Notes: generated by a model not told the origin, from the letters alone. A stretch of DNA of 32,000 nt from Maledivibacter halophilus (GCF_900167445.1 NZ_FUZT01000009.1:169058-201057), one strand, 5' to 3'. Positions 9,435-18,097 are shown, numbered from the stretch's first letter. Program-made: numbers and translations.

Positions 9435-10488
9435 AGCAATGTTTGACGATTTGGGGGTAGAAACGGTGATTCCACCGAGATGCAGTAAGAAGACATTAGA
9501 ACTAGGAACAAAATATGCTCCAGAGTTAATATGTTTGCCTCTTAAAATAAATTTGGGAAATTATTTAGAAAGTATTGAAAAGGGAGCAGATACAATAGTG
9601 ATAACAGGGGGCTGCGGTCCTTGTAGATTTGGTTATTACTCCGAAGTTCAAAGGGAGATATTAAAAGATTTAGGCCATGATGTTGATATAATTGTACTTG
9701 AAGCACCTCAGGGAGATAAAAAGGAATTTTTCCGTAGAGTTAGCAAAATTTCAAATACAAAAAATATTATTAAAATAACTAAAAGCTTAAAAAATGCAAT
9801 TGTAATATTAAAAAAGTTAAATAAGCTTGAGGAGATAGTTCTTAAAAATAGGCCATATGAGATTAATAAAAATGAAATTAACAATTTATATAGTGGTCTT
9901 ATTAAAAAATTAGAAAAGAGTACTGGCTCTAAGGAAATGACATATTATCTCAATAAAGCCTTGAAGGAAATAGATGAAATACCACTGGATAAAAATAGAG
10001 ATGTTTTAAAAGTTGGTATAGTTGGTGAGATATATACAGTAATAGAAGATTTTTCAAATTTGGACATCGGTAAAAAGTTAAATGAAATGGGTGTAGAAGT
10101 CCATAAATCCCTTAGCACTGGAGAATGGATTACTGAGATGTTGTTTTATAGAAGTTTAGGGCTATCAAATGAAAGGAAAATATGGAATGCAGCAGATCCC
10201 TATGTAAAAACCTGTATTGGGGGACATGCCAGAGAGACAGTTGGCAATACAGTATTGTACTCTCAAAAAGGATATGATGGAGTTATACAGCTAATGCCTT
10301 TTACTTGTATGCCAGAAATTGTTGCAATGAGCCTTATGCCAAGTATACAAGCTGAAAACAATATTCCCGTACTATCTCTAATTATAGATGAAATGACTGG
10401 AGAAGCAGGATATCTTACAAGACTTGAGGCATTTATTGATTTACTTAGGAATAGGAAAGAAAATCCAAAATATAACAGAGCTTTGTAA
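9388..10488 (+). CDS. 2-hydroxyacyl-CoA dehydratase family protein (HgdB/D-component-like)
   Basis: MKITFPHIGNTYIPIKAMFDDLG, CLPLK and GGCGPCRFGYY motifs, with C-terminal IIDEMTGEAGYLTRLEAFIDL. GGAGG precedes ATG 9388. The gene overlaps the upstream gene by 47 nt. Confidence 0.75.
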   Translation: MKITFPHIGNTYIPIKAMFDDLGVETVIPPRCSKKTLELGTKYAPELICLPLKINLGNYLESIEKGADTIVITGGCGPCRFGYYSEVQREILKDLGHDVDIIVLEAPQGDKKEFFRRVSKISNTKNIIKITKSLKNAIVILKKLNKLEEIVLKNRPYEINKNEINNLYSGLIKKLEKSTGSKEMTYYLNKALKEIDEIPLDKNRDVLKVGIVGEIYTVIEDFSNLDIGKKLNEMGVEVHKSLSTGEWITEMLFYRSLGLSNERKIWNAADPYVKTCIGGHARETVGNTVLYSQKGYDGVIQLMPFTCMPEIVAMSLMPSIQAENNIPVLSLIIDEMTGEAGYLTRLEAFIDLLRNRKENPKYNRAL

Positions 10489-10512
10489 ATATTTAATTTG
10501 TAAAGGTTTAAT

Positions 10513-10570
10513 ATGAGACTCTTATTTCAGTTTCATCTGATATATAAGAGAGTCTCATTTTTTATTTTCT
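10513..10570 (+). terminator. Rho-independent terminator after the activase-related cluster
   Basis: ATGAGACTCT (10513-10522) pairs with AGAGTCTCAT (10549-10558) and is followed by TTTTTTATTTT. The loop is long, so the structure is somewhat atypical. Confidence 0.65.
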
Positions 10571-10681
10571 TTTCTATGGAATTACCGTAATGATTATATT
10601 GTATTAGTATAAAAAGTATGGTAAAATGACATTTAAAAATGTATATCTATAAACTGAATTTAATTATAGTGAGGTGGGGTT

Positions 10682-11032
10682 TTGAAGATTCTTAGGCAAT
10701 TAGCTATTATATTAATCATTGCTTTTTCTGGAGAAGTGCTTAGCAAGATATTTCACTTGCCTTTACCGGGAAATGTTCTTGGAATAGTAATATTGTTATG
10801 TCTTCTTTCATTAAAAATTATTAAATTAGAAATGATAGAGGATATAAGTAAATTTTTGTTAGATCATTTGCAATTCTTTTTTATACCTGCTGGAGTTGGA
10901 TTAATTTCTAATCTGGAATTGCTTAAAAGCAAGGGTGTAGCTATTTTATTAATATGTGTAATTTCTACGATTGTTGTTATGACCGTTACGGGATTGACTA
11001 TTGAGTTTCTAAAAAGGAGTTTTAAAATATGA
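10682..11032 (+). CDS. lrgA: LrgA/CidA-family holin-like membrane protein
   Basis: 116 aa with 4 predicted TM helices. TTG start after GAGGTGGGG. A 4-nt ATGA overlap with the downstream LrgB-like gene is the classic lrgAB arrangement. Confidence 0.8.
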   Translation: MKILRQLAIILIIAFSGEVLSKIFHLPLPGNVLGIVILLCLLSLKIIKLEMIEDISKFLLDHLQFFFIPAGVGLISNLELLKSKGVAILLICVISTIVVMTVTGLTIEFLKRSFKI

Positions 11033-11721
11033 TTGATTTGTTACATACACCATTATTTGGAGTTATTATTTCAATAATAGCTCTTGAAATAGGATTATAT
11101 ATAAATAGAAAAACAAAAATTTCTCTATTAAATCCTTTATTAATTAGTATAGTTCTAATTATAGTAATTCTTATTAAGTTTGATATATCCTTAGAGGCAT
11201 ATAATGAAGGTGGAGGTCTAATATCCTTTTTTCTAGGTCCTGCCACGGTTATATTAGCGGTTCCCTTATATAAACAGTTTGAAATTTTTAAAGCTAATAT
11301 ACTTCCTATAATTGTTGGTATAACTGTAGGATGTCTTACTTCAGTAATTAGTGTGGTATTTTTATCAAAATTATTTGGTCTATCAGATGATATACTTAGA
11401 TCATTGATTCCTAAATCAATAACTAATCCTATAGGAATTGAATTATCAAAGCAAATAGGGGGGATACCTTCTATTACTGTAACAGCAATAATCATTACAG
11501 GAATATTCGGATCTATAATTGCACCTTATGTATTTAAAATATTTAGAATTAAAGACAAAGTTGCTATTGGCGTGTCTTTGGGTACCTCATCCCATGCATT
11601 GGGAACGACAAAGGCCATAGAGATGGGGGAAACAGAAGGGGCCATGAGTGGTCTTTCTATTGGTTTAGCGGGATTAGTAACGGTGATTTTAATTCCTTTA
11701 TTAATTAACCTGTTGTGCTAG
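11029..11721 (+). CDS. lrgB: LrgB/CidB-family membrane protein
   Basis: 230-aa polytopic protein with GPATVILAVPLY and SLIPKSITNPIG motifs typical of LrgB. The last 5 codons lie inside repeat element B. Confidence 0.85.
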   Translation: MIDLLHTPLFGVIISIIALEIGLYINRKTKISLLNPLLISIVLIIVILIKFDISLEAYNEGGGLISFFLGPATVILAVPLYKQFEIFKANILPIIVGITVGCLTSVISVVFLSKLFGLSDDILRSLIPKSITNPIGIELSKQIGGIPSITVTAIIITGIFGSIIAPYVFKIFRIKDKVAIGVSLGTSSHALGTTKAIEMGETEGAMSGLSIGLAGLVTVILIPLLINLLC

Positions 11722-11888
11722 TTTCCATATCAGGAGTTTTAATATTTCCTTTTAGTTCATGCTATAAACCTGTTTTTTCATATAGCTTTTAAGGAAGAAA
11801 CAGGTTCATAAAAATCACTCAAATGAAATATTAAAACTCCCTAAGTTATATTTTAAACAAAAATTTGATTTACTAGCACAAAGGGTTA
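11706..11888. repeat. Palindromic intergenic repeat element, long nested copy (B)
   Basis: The outer arms are TAACCTGTTGTGCTAGT (11706-11722) and ACTAGCACAAAGGGTTA (11872-11888). A perfect 16-bp inner inverted repeat GGAGTTTTAATATTTC (11733-11748) / GAAATATTAAAACTCC (11825-11840) lies inside them. A central hairpin AACCTGTTT (11767-11775) / AAACAGGTT (11798-11806) lies inside that. Confidence 0.7.
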
Positions 11889-11946
11889 ATTGAGATAATT
11901 GTATAATTCTAATTTGGGACAATTGCATAATATATACAGTAGTTTT

Positions 11947-12168
11947 CTAAAGATTTTTATTATAATTCATTAATTCTTTTTCTCCCATTTCAACCAGCTT
12001 TTTAGTCATATGTCCACCTACATATCCTCCATAAAAAACATTTTTACCAGAATCAAGACCACTTTCATTAGTTAAAAGATTCTTAGTTATTCCCAATTCA
12101 TTAGCTATTTCATACTTCATTTCATTTAATGCCTTCATTGCGTTTGGATCTACAGGACCTTTAGCCAT
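11947..12168 (-). CDS. Alpha/beta-type small acid-soluble spore protein (SASP)
   Basis: 73 aa. MKYEIANELGI and GGYVGGHMTKKLVEMGEKEL are hallmark alpha/beta SASP motifs. An RBS GAGAGGTG lies upstream. Confidence 0.9.
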   Translation of the reverse strand: MAKGPVDPNAMKALNEMKYEIANELGITKNLLTNESGLDSGKNVFYGGYVGGHMTKKLVEMGEKELMNYNKNL

Positions 12169-12416
12169 TATATTTTCACCTCTCTTATCAATATTTCTTA
12201 TATATTATTTTTTTAGGATTTCCTTTTGTTCATACTAGGTAATAAAAGGTTATTAATGATATCATAATGAATATAAATTTTTCATTACTGCTATTTTAAT
12301 CTTTTGATATAGTGAAACTAATTCAAAGATAGATTTATAAATCTTAAAAAATTGCAGAAGCATCGATATTTTTAAAATCTATAAATTAAGTTTTGAGATT
12401 GTTTCACTATATTAAG

Positions 12417-12445
12417 TTGAAGGAAAAAAGTAAATGTGTTATAAT
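12417..12445 (+). promoter_or_regulatory. Sigma-A-type promoter of the yhfZ-like operon
   Basis: TTGAAG (12417-12422), a 17-nt spacer, then TATAAT (12440-12445) with an extended -10 TGT at 12437-12439. It lies 50 nt upstream of ATG 12495. Confidence 0.6.
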
Positions 12446-12453
12446 AATTATAC

Positions 12454-12477
12454 AATATACAAAAGAATGTATATTGA
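12454..12477 (+). promoter_or_regulatory. Palindromic operator-like motif, copy 1 (AATATACAAAAGAATGTATATTGA)
   Basis: Inverted repeat CAATATAC-N8-GTATATTG between the -10 box and the RBS of yhfZ. It matches the copy at 13449-13472 at 22 of 24 positions. Confidence 0.5.
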
Positions 12478-12494
12478 TGAGAGGTTGAATATTT

Positions 12495-13433
12495 ATGAGT
12501 AATTATAAAAAGAAGCTGATGTCTAAAAATGGAAAAATAACAATGCAGCTTGCAAAGGAAATGCTAACTTTTCAAGTTGGAGATAGAATAAGTACGGTTG
12601 GTCAATATTCTAAAAGATTTGATACTGCTAGAGGAACTGTTCAATCTGCATTGAAGTTTCTTCAAGAAATTAAAGCAATAGGATTAGAATCTAGAGGGCA
12701 TTTAGGAACATATATTATTAAAATAAATTATAAAAAGCTTTGGGAAGTATCGGATTTTGGGGTTATAATGGGAGTAATGCCTTTGCCCTATTCAAAGAGG
12801 TATGAAGGCCTTGCAACTGGACTTTATAGTGCATTTGAAAAAGGTGGTATACCATTTAGCTTGGCATTTATGAGAGGTGCTGCAAAGAGAATAGAAGCAC
12901 TGACATCAGGAAGATATAATTTTGCTGTTATATCAAAATTAGCAGCCACATTAGAAATGAGAAAATCCTCTGATATAGAAATTGTTTATGAATTTGAAGA
13001 AGGTAGTTATGTTGGAAATCATGTTATTATTTTTAGAGATGACAAGGAAAGTAAAATATGTGATGGAATGAGGGTAGCATTAGATACAACATCTATAGAT
13101 CAAATTATATTAACTTCCTATGAGTGTGAAGGAAAGGATGTAGAATACATCGATACTCCTTATAATCAGATTTTACAAAAGCTAAAAAATGATGAAGTTG
13201 ATGCAGCAATTTGGAATGTGGATGAAATACAAGAAAAAAATCTTGAGTATAATATCTATCCTTTAACAAATCCTAAGACGAGGGAAATTGATAAAGAAGA
13301 CACCATTGCTACTATAGTTATAAGTAAGGGTAATCTAGAGTTTAGAGACATTTTTAAGAAATTTATTAAAATGAAAGAAGTAGAAGAAACACAAAAAAAG
13401 GTTATAGATAATCATATGATTCCTATATATTAA
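12495..13433 (+). CDS. yhfZ: YhfZ-family regulator (GntR-like winged HTH plus YhfZ C-terminal ligand-binding-like domain)
   Basis: The N-terminus ..RISTVGQYSKRFDTARGTVQSALKFLQEIKAIGLESRGHLGTYI fits a GntR-type wHTH. Size (312 aa) and operon context (followed by yhfY/U/T/S/X/W homologs) fit YhfZ. Confidence 0.75.
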   Translation: MSNYKKKLMSKNGKITMQLAKEMLTFQVGDRISTVGQYSKRFDTARGTVQSALKFLQEIKAIGLESRGHLGTYIIKINYKKLWEVSDFGVIMGVMPLPYSKRYEGLATGLYSAFEKGGIPFSLAFMRGAAKRIEALTSGRYNFAVISKLAATLEMRKSSDIEIVYEFEEGSYVGNHVIIFRDDKESKICDGMRVALDTTSIDQIILTSYECEGKDVEYIDTPYNQILQKLKNDEVDAAIWNVDEIQEKNLEYNIYPLTNPKTREIDKEDTIATIVISKGNLEFRDIFKKFIKMKEVEETQKKVIDNHMIPIY

Positions 13434-13448
13434 GTTTTTTTTAAAATG

Positions 13449-13472
13449 AATATACAAAAAAATGTACATTGA
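13449..13472 (+). promoter_or_regulatory. Palindromic operator-like motif, copy 2 (AATATACAAAAAAATGTACATTGA)
   Basis: The same 24-nt motif as at 12454-12477. It again ends 15-17 nt upstream of a start codon (yhfY, ATG 13488), immediately before the RBS. Confidence 0.5.
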
Positions 13473-13487
13473 AAAGGAGAAAAGAAA

Positions 13488-13853
13488 ATGGATAAACCAT
13501 TAAAGGAAAGATTAGAGATTCTAAAGCAGGCAGGAGAAATAAGTGATGAAATAATGGGTGTTGTTATAGAATTTATAAAAAATTTTGAGAAAAAATATTC
13601 ATTAGAAATTAATGAAGAAAATGGATCTATGCTTATTACTCACCTTTCCATGGCCCTGGCAAGGATAAAAAGAGGAGAAGAAATTGATGGAATGGATGAA
13701 TCAGTTCTAAATGAAATAAAACAAAATCCAATTTATGGGGAACTTCCTGAGTTTTATGATGAGATTGAGAAAAAATTACAAATTAAGATACCAGATTCTG
13801 AGAGAGGATTTATAGCAGCCCATGGATCTATATTAATAGATAAATGCAAATAA
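13488..13853 (+). CDS. yhfY: YhfY-like PRD-domain protein
   Basis: 121 aa and helical. The segment ...LITHLSMALARIKRGEEI... resembles a PRD. Position after yhfZ matches the E. coli yhfZ-yhfY pair. Confidence 0.65.
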   Translation: MDKPLKERLEILKQAGEISDEIMGVVIEFIKNFEKKYSLEINEENGSMLITHLSMALARIKRGEEIDGMDESVLNEIKQNPIYGELPEFYDEIEKKLQIKIPDSERGFIAAHGSILIDKCK

Positions 13854-14020
13854 TCTACAGGTGTTAGTATAGATCAAAATTTGATAATAAAAAAGCCACA
13901 TATGTTTTTTCATAGAGATTATGTTTTTTATAAATTTATAATACTTTAGAGTTAAACATCTATTGGTAGTTATGTAGCATTTAAAAATAAACTAAAATAG
14001 TCAAGGAAAGAGGTGAGTAT

Positions 14021-14383
14021 ATGATTAAGATTGTAGTTGGTGGAGCAATTGATAAACAAAATATTGCTAAGATTATAGAAGGAATAGGAGGGAAAGATGT
14101 AAAGGTTGAAATAAAATCAGATATAGAAGCTGCAATGGCAGTTAAAACTGGTACTGCTGATTATTACTTTGGGGCATGTAATACAGGTGGTGGCGGAGCT
14201 CTTGCAATGGCAATAGCTTTGTTAGGAGCAGGTAAATGTGCTACCCTATCGATGCCTGGTAAAGCACCAGAGGAAGAGAAAGTTATTGAAGCAATAAATA
14301 AAGGTAAAGTTGCATTTGGATTTACAAATGAACATATTAATCAAGCAGTACCTATGATTTTAAAGCTTATAATAAATAAATAA
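14021..14383 (+). CDS. yhfU: YhfU-like protein (DUF2620)
   Basis: 120 aa. AAMAVKTGTADYYFGACNTGGGGALAMAIALLG closely resembles the recalled E. coli YhfU core (..YYIGACNTGAGAAL..). RBS GAGGTGA. Confidence 0.75.
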   Translation: MIKIVVGGAIDKQNIAKIIEGIGGKDVKVEIKSDIEAAMAVKTGTADYYFGACNTGGGGALAMAIALLGAGKCATLSMPGKAPEEEKVIEAINKGKVAFGFTNEHINQAVPMILKLIINK

Positions 14384-14397
14384 AGAGAGGGATTGTC

Positions 14398-15681
14398 ATG
14401 AGGTATATTCTAATTTTTTTAACAGGAGCAGTGGCTTCAATGTTAGCAAATAGAGGAATAGCAATATTTAATGATGCGGTTAGGCCTATTATTCCCGAAT
14501 TCAAAGAAGGTAGAATGAAAAGATCAGAATTAGCAGCTACAACATTTGCTTTAAGTATTGGGTTGGTTATTGGATTTGGTATTCCTTTTTCTATAATGTC
14601 CCCAATTATTTTGATTCATTCATTATTTTTAGGCACAGATATAATTGGAACATTTTTTCATGGAGAACCAAGCAATAATTGGCTAAAGGATAAGAAAAGT
14701 GTAAGGGGATTCATATTATCAGGACTTGCCGGTGGAGTTTATGGACTTCTATTACTCATAGGATTAAAGTGGTTTGTTGATGGAATTCAAAAATTACCGG
14801 TAAATGTGTTTGATGCTTTAGGTGGACTAGGAGATCCAGTTATATTTGCATTTGCTGCCTTTCCTCCCTTGGCAATAGCATTTGAATATGGCTATAAAAA
14901 GGGGATATTTTCTTTGGGGATTGTTTTACTAATAAGACAGATTATTGAAAGGTTAGGATATGGAAGTCCTGATGGATGGGCATTATTAGCAGGATTTATA
15001 ATTCTTATGTTATTTGCTATAAAAGAAAAGAATGAAAGTAACGTAGATACTGCATCCTTATTTGTTGATAGGGTTAAAAATATAAGAAAGAATATGGTAT
15101 GGATTGCTATTATGGGTGCTTTATATGGTATGTCCTGTAATATAAATCTATTGATGGAAGGACCACAATCTTTATTAGCTTTAAAAGAAGGGTTAAAATC
15201 TGATGCTGTAAACTTTAGCTTAGCGAGAGCATTATCCTTCATACCATTAAAAGGGACAACTTCTTTGGCAACTGGGACATTTGTTACTGATGGTTTTGGA
15301 TTTGTTGCTACAGTTGGTATATTAGCACCTAATATTATAATAGCTGGTATCTTAGGTGCTGCAGTAATTTCTTTGGAGGCATCTAGTTTATTGGTATTTG
15401 CAAGATTTTTTGATAGATTTCCTGGAATCAGAAAAGCGGCAGATAATATAAGGAGTGCAATGTCCAAATTATTAGAGGTGGCTTTAATTGTGGGATCAAT
15501 GCTGGCTGCTAATAATATTGCACCAGGGGTTGGATATTTTGTTGTGGCAGGATTGTACTTGCTTAATGAAACTGCAAAACGACCATTGGTTAAGATGGCA
15601 GTTGGACCTATTGCAGCTATTCTTGTTGGAATCATAGTTAATATTTTAGCGTTAATAGGATTATATATGCCAGCAGCTTAA
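14398..15681 (+). CDS. yhfT: YhfT-like polytopic membrane transporter
   Basis: 427 aa with about 10-12 TM helices. The N-terminus ..ANRGIAIFNDAVRPIIPE resembles YhfT (..AHRSAAVFHDGIRPILPQ). It follows yhfU with a 14-nt gap. Confidence 0.75.
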   Translation: MRYILIFLTGAVASMLANRGIAIFNDAVRPIIPEFKEGRMKRSELAATTFALSIGLVIGFGIPFSIMSPIILIHSLFLGTDIIGTFFHGEPSNNWLKDKKSVRGFILSGLAGGVYGLLLLIGLKWFVDGIQKLPVNVFDALGGLGDPVIFAFAAFPPLAIAFEYGYKKGIFSLGIVLLIRQIIERLGYGSPDGWALLAGFIILMLFAIKEKNESNVDTASLFVDRVKNIRKNMVWIAIMGALYGMSCNINLLMEGPQSLLALKEGLKSDAVNFSLARALSFIPLKGTTSLATGTFVTDGFGFVATVGILAPNIIIAGILGAAVISLEASSLLVFARFFDRFPGIRKAADNIRSAMSKLLEVALIVGSMLAANNIAPGVGYFVVAGLYLLNETAKRPLVKMAVGPIAAILVGIIVNILALIGLYMPAA

Positions 15682-15723
15682 TTTATCTAATCAAATTATT
15701 AGAATAGTAGAAAATATACTTAG

Positions 15724-15761
15724 CTACAAAACCATGGAACTGCTAGTCCGTGGTTTTGTAG
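15724..15761 (+). other. Intra-operon stem-loop between yhfT and yhfS
   Basis: CTACAAAACCATGG (15724-15737) pairs with CCGTGGTTTTGTAG (15748-15761): 14 bp with 1 mismatch and a 10-nt loop. No U-tract follows. Confidence 0.5.
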
Positions 15762-15802
15762 TTGAGAATAGTATATAAAGAAACTTTTAAGGAGAATTAA
15801 TT

Positions 15803-16897
15803 ATGAAAACATATCCAATAAAAGCAATAGATTTTGAGAAAGCAAAAAAAATGCAATTTAAATTAGTAGACATTATCCATCAAAATTTTGATGGATATGA
15901 ATTTCTTCAAGATGGAGATTATGGAGTTGTACCAGGAGTTGGGCAGCCAAGATATACCCAAAAAGTAGAAAGAGTTTTAGCACAGTTTTTTGGAGCAGAG
16001 GAGGCTGTATTAGTTAGAGGATCTGGAACAGGTGCTATTAGAAATGTAATGAATGGAGTATTAAAGCCCAATGGGAAAATATTACTTCATAAAGCTCCCA
16101 TTTATCCTACAACTAAAATTATTGTGGAATCAATGGGACTTGAACCCCAATATATAGATTTTAATAAAATTTGTGATATAAAAATTGAAGATCTTTCTCA
16201 TATATCCTTTGTACTTATTCAACATTCAAGACAGAAGCTGGAGGATAGATATGACTTAAATGAAGTTATTAATAAACTAAAGAGTGTAAATAATGATATG
16301 ACCATATTGGTTGATGACAATTATGTAGTTATGAAGGCAGAAAAAATAGGAGTACAGCTTGGAGCAGATGTAAGTGCTTTTTCACTTTTTAAGCTTTTAG
16401 GGCCTGAAGGGCTAGGGTGTGTTGCTGGCAAAGGAAGCATAATAGATAAAATAAGACAAATGAATTATTCAGGAGGGAGCCAGGTTCAGGGACATGAGGC
16501 GATGAATGCTTTAAGGTCATTAGTATATGCTCCAGTATCCTTAGCAATACAAGCTGAAGAAGGAAATAAAATAGTCTATAGATTAAACTCAGGAGAAGTA
16601 AGGGGAATAAAATCTTCATTTATTGCAAATGCACAATCAAGAGTTGTTTTAGTAGAATTTGAAAAACCAATAGCTAAAGATGTGCTTAAATATAGCTCTA
16701 AGTTAGGGGCGGCTCCTTATCCAATAGGTGCTGAATCAAAATATGAAGTAACGGCTATGTTCTATAGAGTATCTGGAACTTTTCTCAAATCAAATCCTAA
16801 ATTAGAGGATTATATGATACGTATTAATCCAATGAGGGCAGGTGCAGATACTGTTATTCGAGTATTAAAGGAAGCAATTGATAAGGCATTAGAATAG
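15803..16897 (+). CDS. yhfS: YhfS-like PLP-dependent enzyme (aminotransferase-fold)
   Basis: 364 aa. MKTYPIKAIDFEKAKKMQFKLVD...GVVPGVGQPRYTQKVERVLAQFFGAEEAVLVRGSGTGAIRN parallels the recalled E. coli YhfS N-terminus. Confidence 0.75.
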   Translation: MKTYPIKAIDFEKAKKMQFKLVDIIHQNFDGYEFLQDGDYGVVPGVGQPRYTQKVERVLAQFFGAEEAVLVRGSGTGAIRNVMNGVLKPNGKILLHKAPIYPTTKIIVESMGLEPQYIDFNKICDIKIEDLSHISFVLIQHSRQKLEDRYDLNEVINKLKSVNNDMTILVDDNYVVMKAEKIGVQLGADVSAFSLFKLLGPEGLGCVAGKGSIIDKIRQMNYSGGSQVQGHEAMNALRSLVYAPVSLAIQAEEGNKIVYRLNSGEVRGIKSSFIANAQSRVVLVEFEKPIAKDVLKYSSKLGAAPYPIGAESKYEVTAMFYRVSGTFLKSNPKLEDYMIRINPMRAGADTVIRVLKEAIDKALE

Positions 16898-16908
16898 GGG
16901 GAAACTCA

Positions 16909-18084
16909 ATGTTTTTAGATATGACATTAAAAAGAAATCCAAAGTTAATAAAATATGCTGTTGAATTCCATAGAAAAGCTGAAATTAGACCTAATTCATA
17001 TATTCTAGATATGGATACGATAAAGAGTAATACAGGAAAATTAGTAAAAAGTGCAAAAAAATATGGCATAGAGCTCTATATGATGACAAAGCAAATAGGA
17101 AGAAATCCTCAGATAGCAAGTATTATTGCTGAGGCTGGAATAGAAAAGGCTGTGGCAGTAGATCCATGGGAAGCATTGGCTCTTGGAAGAGCAGGAATAA
17201 AGCTTGGCAATGTAGGTCATTTAGTTCAAATTCCCTTTGGAATGATAAAGGAAATTTTAACCTACAAGCCTGAAGTAATTACAGTATTTACTTTGGAAAA
17301 GGCAGAGGAAATTTCTAAATTAGCCCTAGAGATGGGAAAAAAGCAGGATATTCTTTTAAGAGTTACAGGAACTAAAGATACGGTTTATGAAGGGCAAGTA
17401 GGTGGATTTAAAGAAGAGGAGCTTATACAAAAAGCTGAGGCAATAGAAAAACTAAAGGGAGTAAATATAGTAGGAGTAACTGCTTTTCCATGTTTTTTAT
17501 ATGATTCATATGAAGGGAAGATCCATGAAACAGAAAATGCATATACAGTGGTTAGATGTGCTGAGAAGCTAAAGAGTAAATTGAATATTGATGTTAAACA
17601 GATTAATATGCCGAGTGCAAATGCAATAGCTTCTCTACCTTTAATGAAAGAATTGGGAGCTACCCACGGGGAGCCTGGGCATGCTATAACTGGTACTACT
17701 CCATTACATGGAATTAAAGAACTAGATGAAATTCCTAGTATCGTATATGTTAGTGAGATATCCCATTGCTTTGAAAATAAGGCATATGTATATGGTGGTG
17801 GACATTATAGAAGATCTAATGTAGATAAGGCTATGGTAGGTAGGGATTTTGAGACTATGAAAAATAATGTTTTAAAAGCCCAAGATATATCTCCTGAAGC
17901 TATTGATTATTATGGGACTTTAATAATTGATAATAAGAAGGCCTTAGTAGGAGATACAGCAATTTATTCATTTCGCACCCAAATTTTTGTAACAAGAAGT
18001 GAAGTTGTTCTAGTTGAAGGAATACAAAAAGATATGCCTAAAATAATAGGAATATATGACAGCTTGGGAAAGAAGCTTAGATAA
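16909..18084 (+). CDS. yhfX: YhfX-like alanine-racemase-fold (type III PLP) protein
   Basis: 391 aa. ..YGIELYMMTKQIGRNP.. and ..GHLVQIP.. match recalled YhfX motifs (YGIELYLMTKQFGRNP, GHLVQIP). Confidence 0.75.
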   Translation: MFLDMTLKRNPKLIKYAVEFHRKAEIRPNSYILDMDTIKSNTGKLVKSAKKYGIELYMMTKQIGRNPQIASIIAEAGIEKAVAVDPWEALALGRAGIKLGNVGHLVQIPFGMIKEILTYKPEVITVFTLEKAEEISKLALEMGKKQDILLRVTGTKDTVYEGQVGGFKEEELIQKAEAIEKLKGVNIVGVTAFPCFLYDSYEGKIHETENAYTVVRCAEKLKSKLNIDVKQINMPSANAIASLPLMKELGATHGEPGHAITGTTPLHGIKELDEIPSIVYVSEISHCFENKAYVYGGGHYRRSNVDKAMVGRDFETMKNNVLKAQDISPEAIDYYGTLIIDNKKALVGDTAIYSFRTQIFVTRSEVVLVEGIQKDMPKIIGIYDSLGKKLR

Positions 18085-18097
18085 AGGTCGTGGTAAT

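Noticed and set aside
12369-12386. The 18-nt exact repeat TTTTTAAAATCTATAAAT, also at 25483-25500. The related TAGATTTATAAAT occurs at 5435-5447 and 12330-12342.
   Set aside because: This is low-complexity A/T sequence. At this base composition a match of this length somewhere in 32 kb is not clearly beyond chance, and the contexts have nothing in common.
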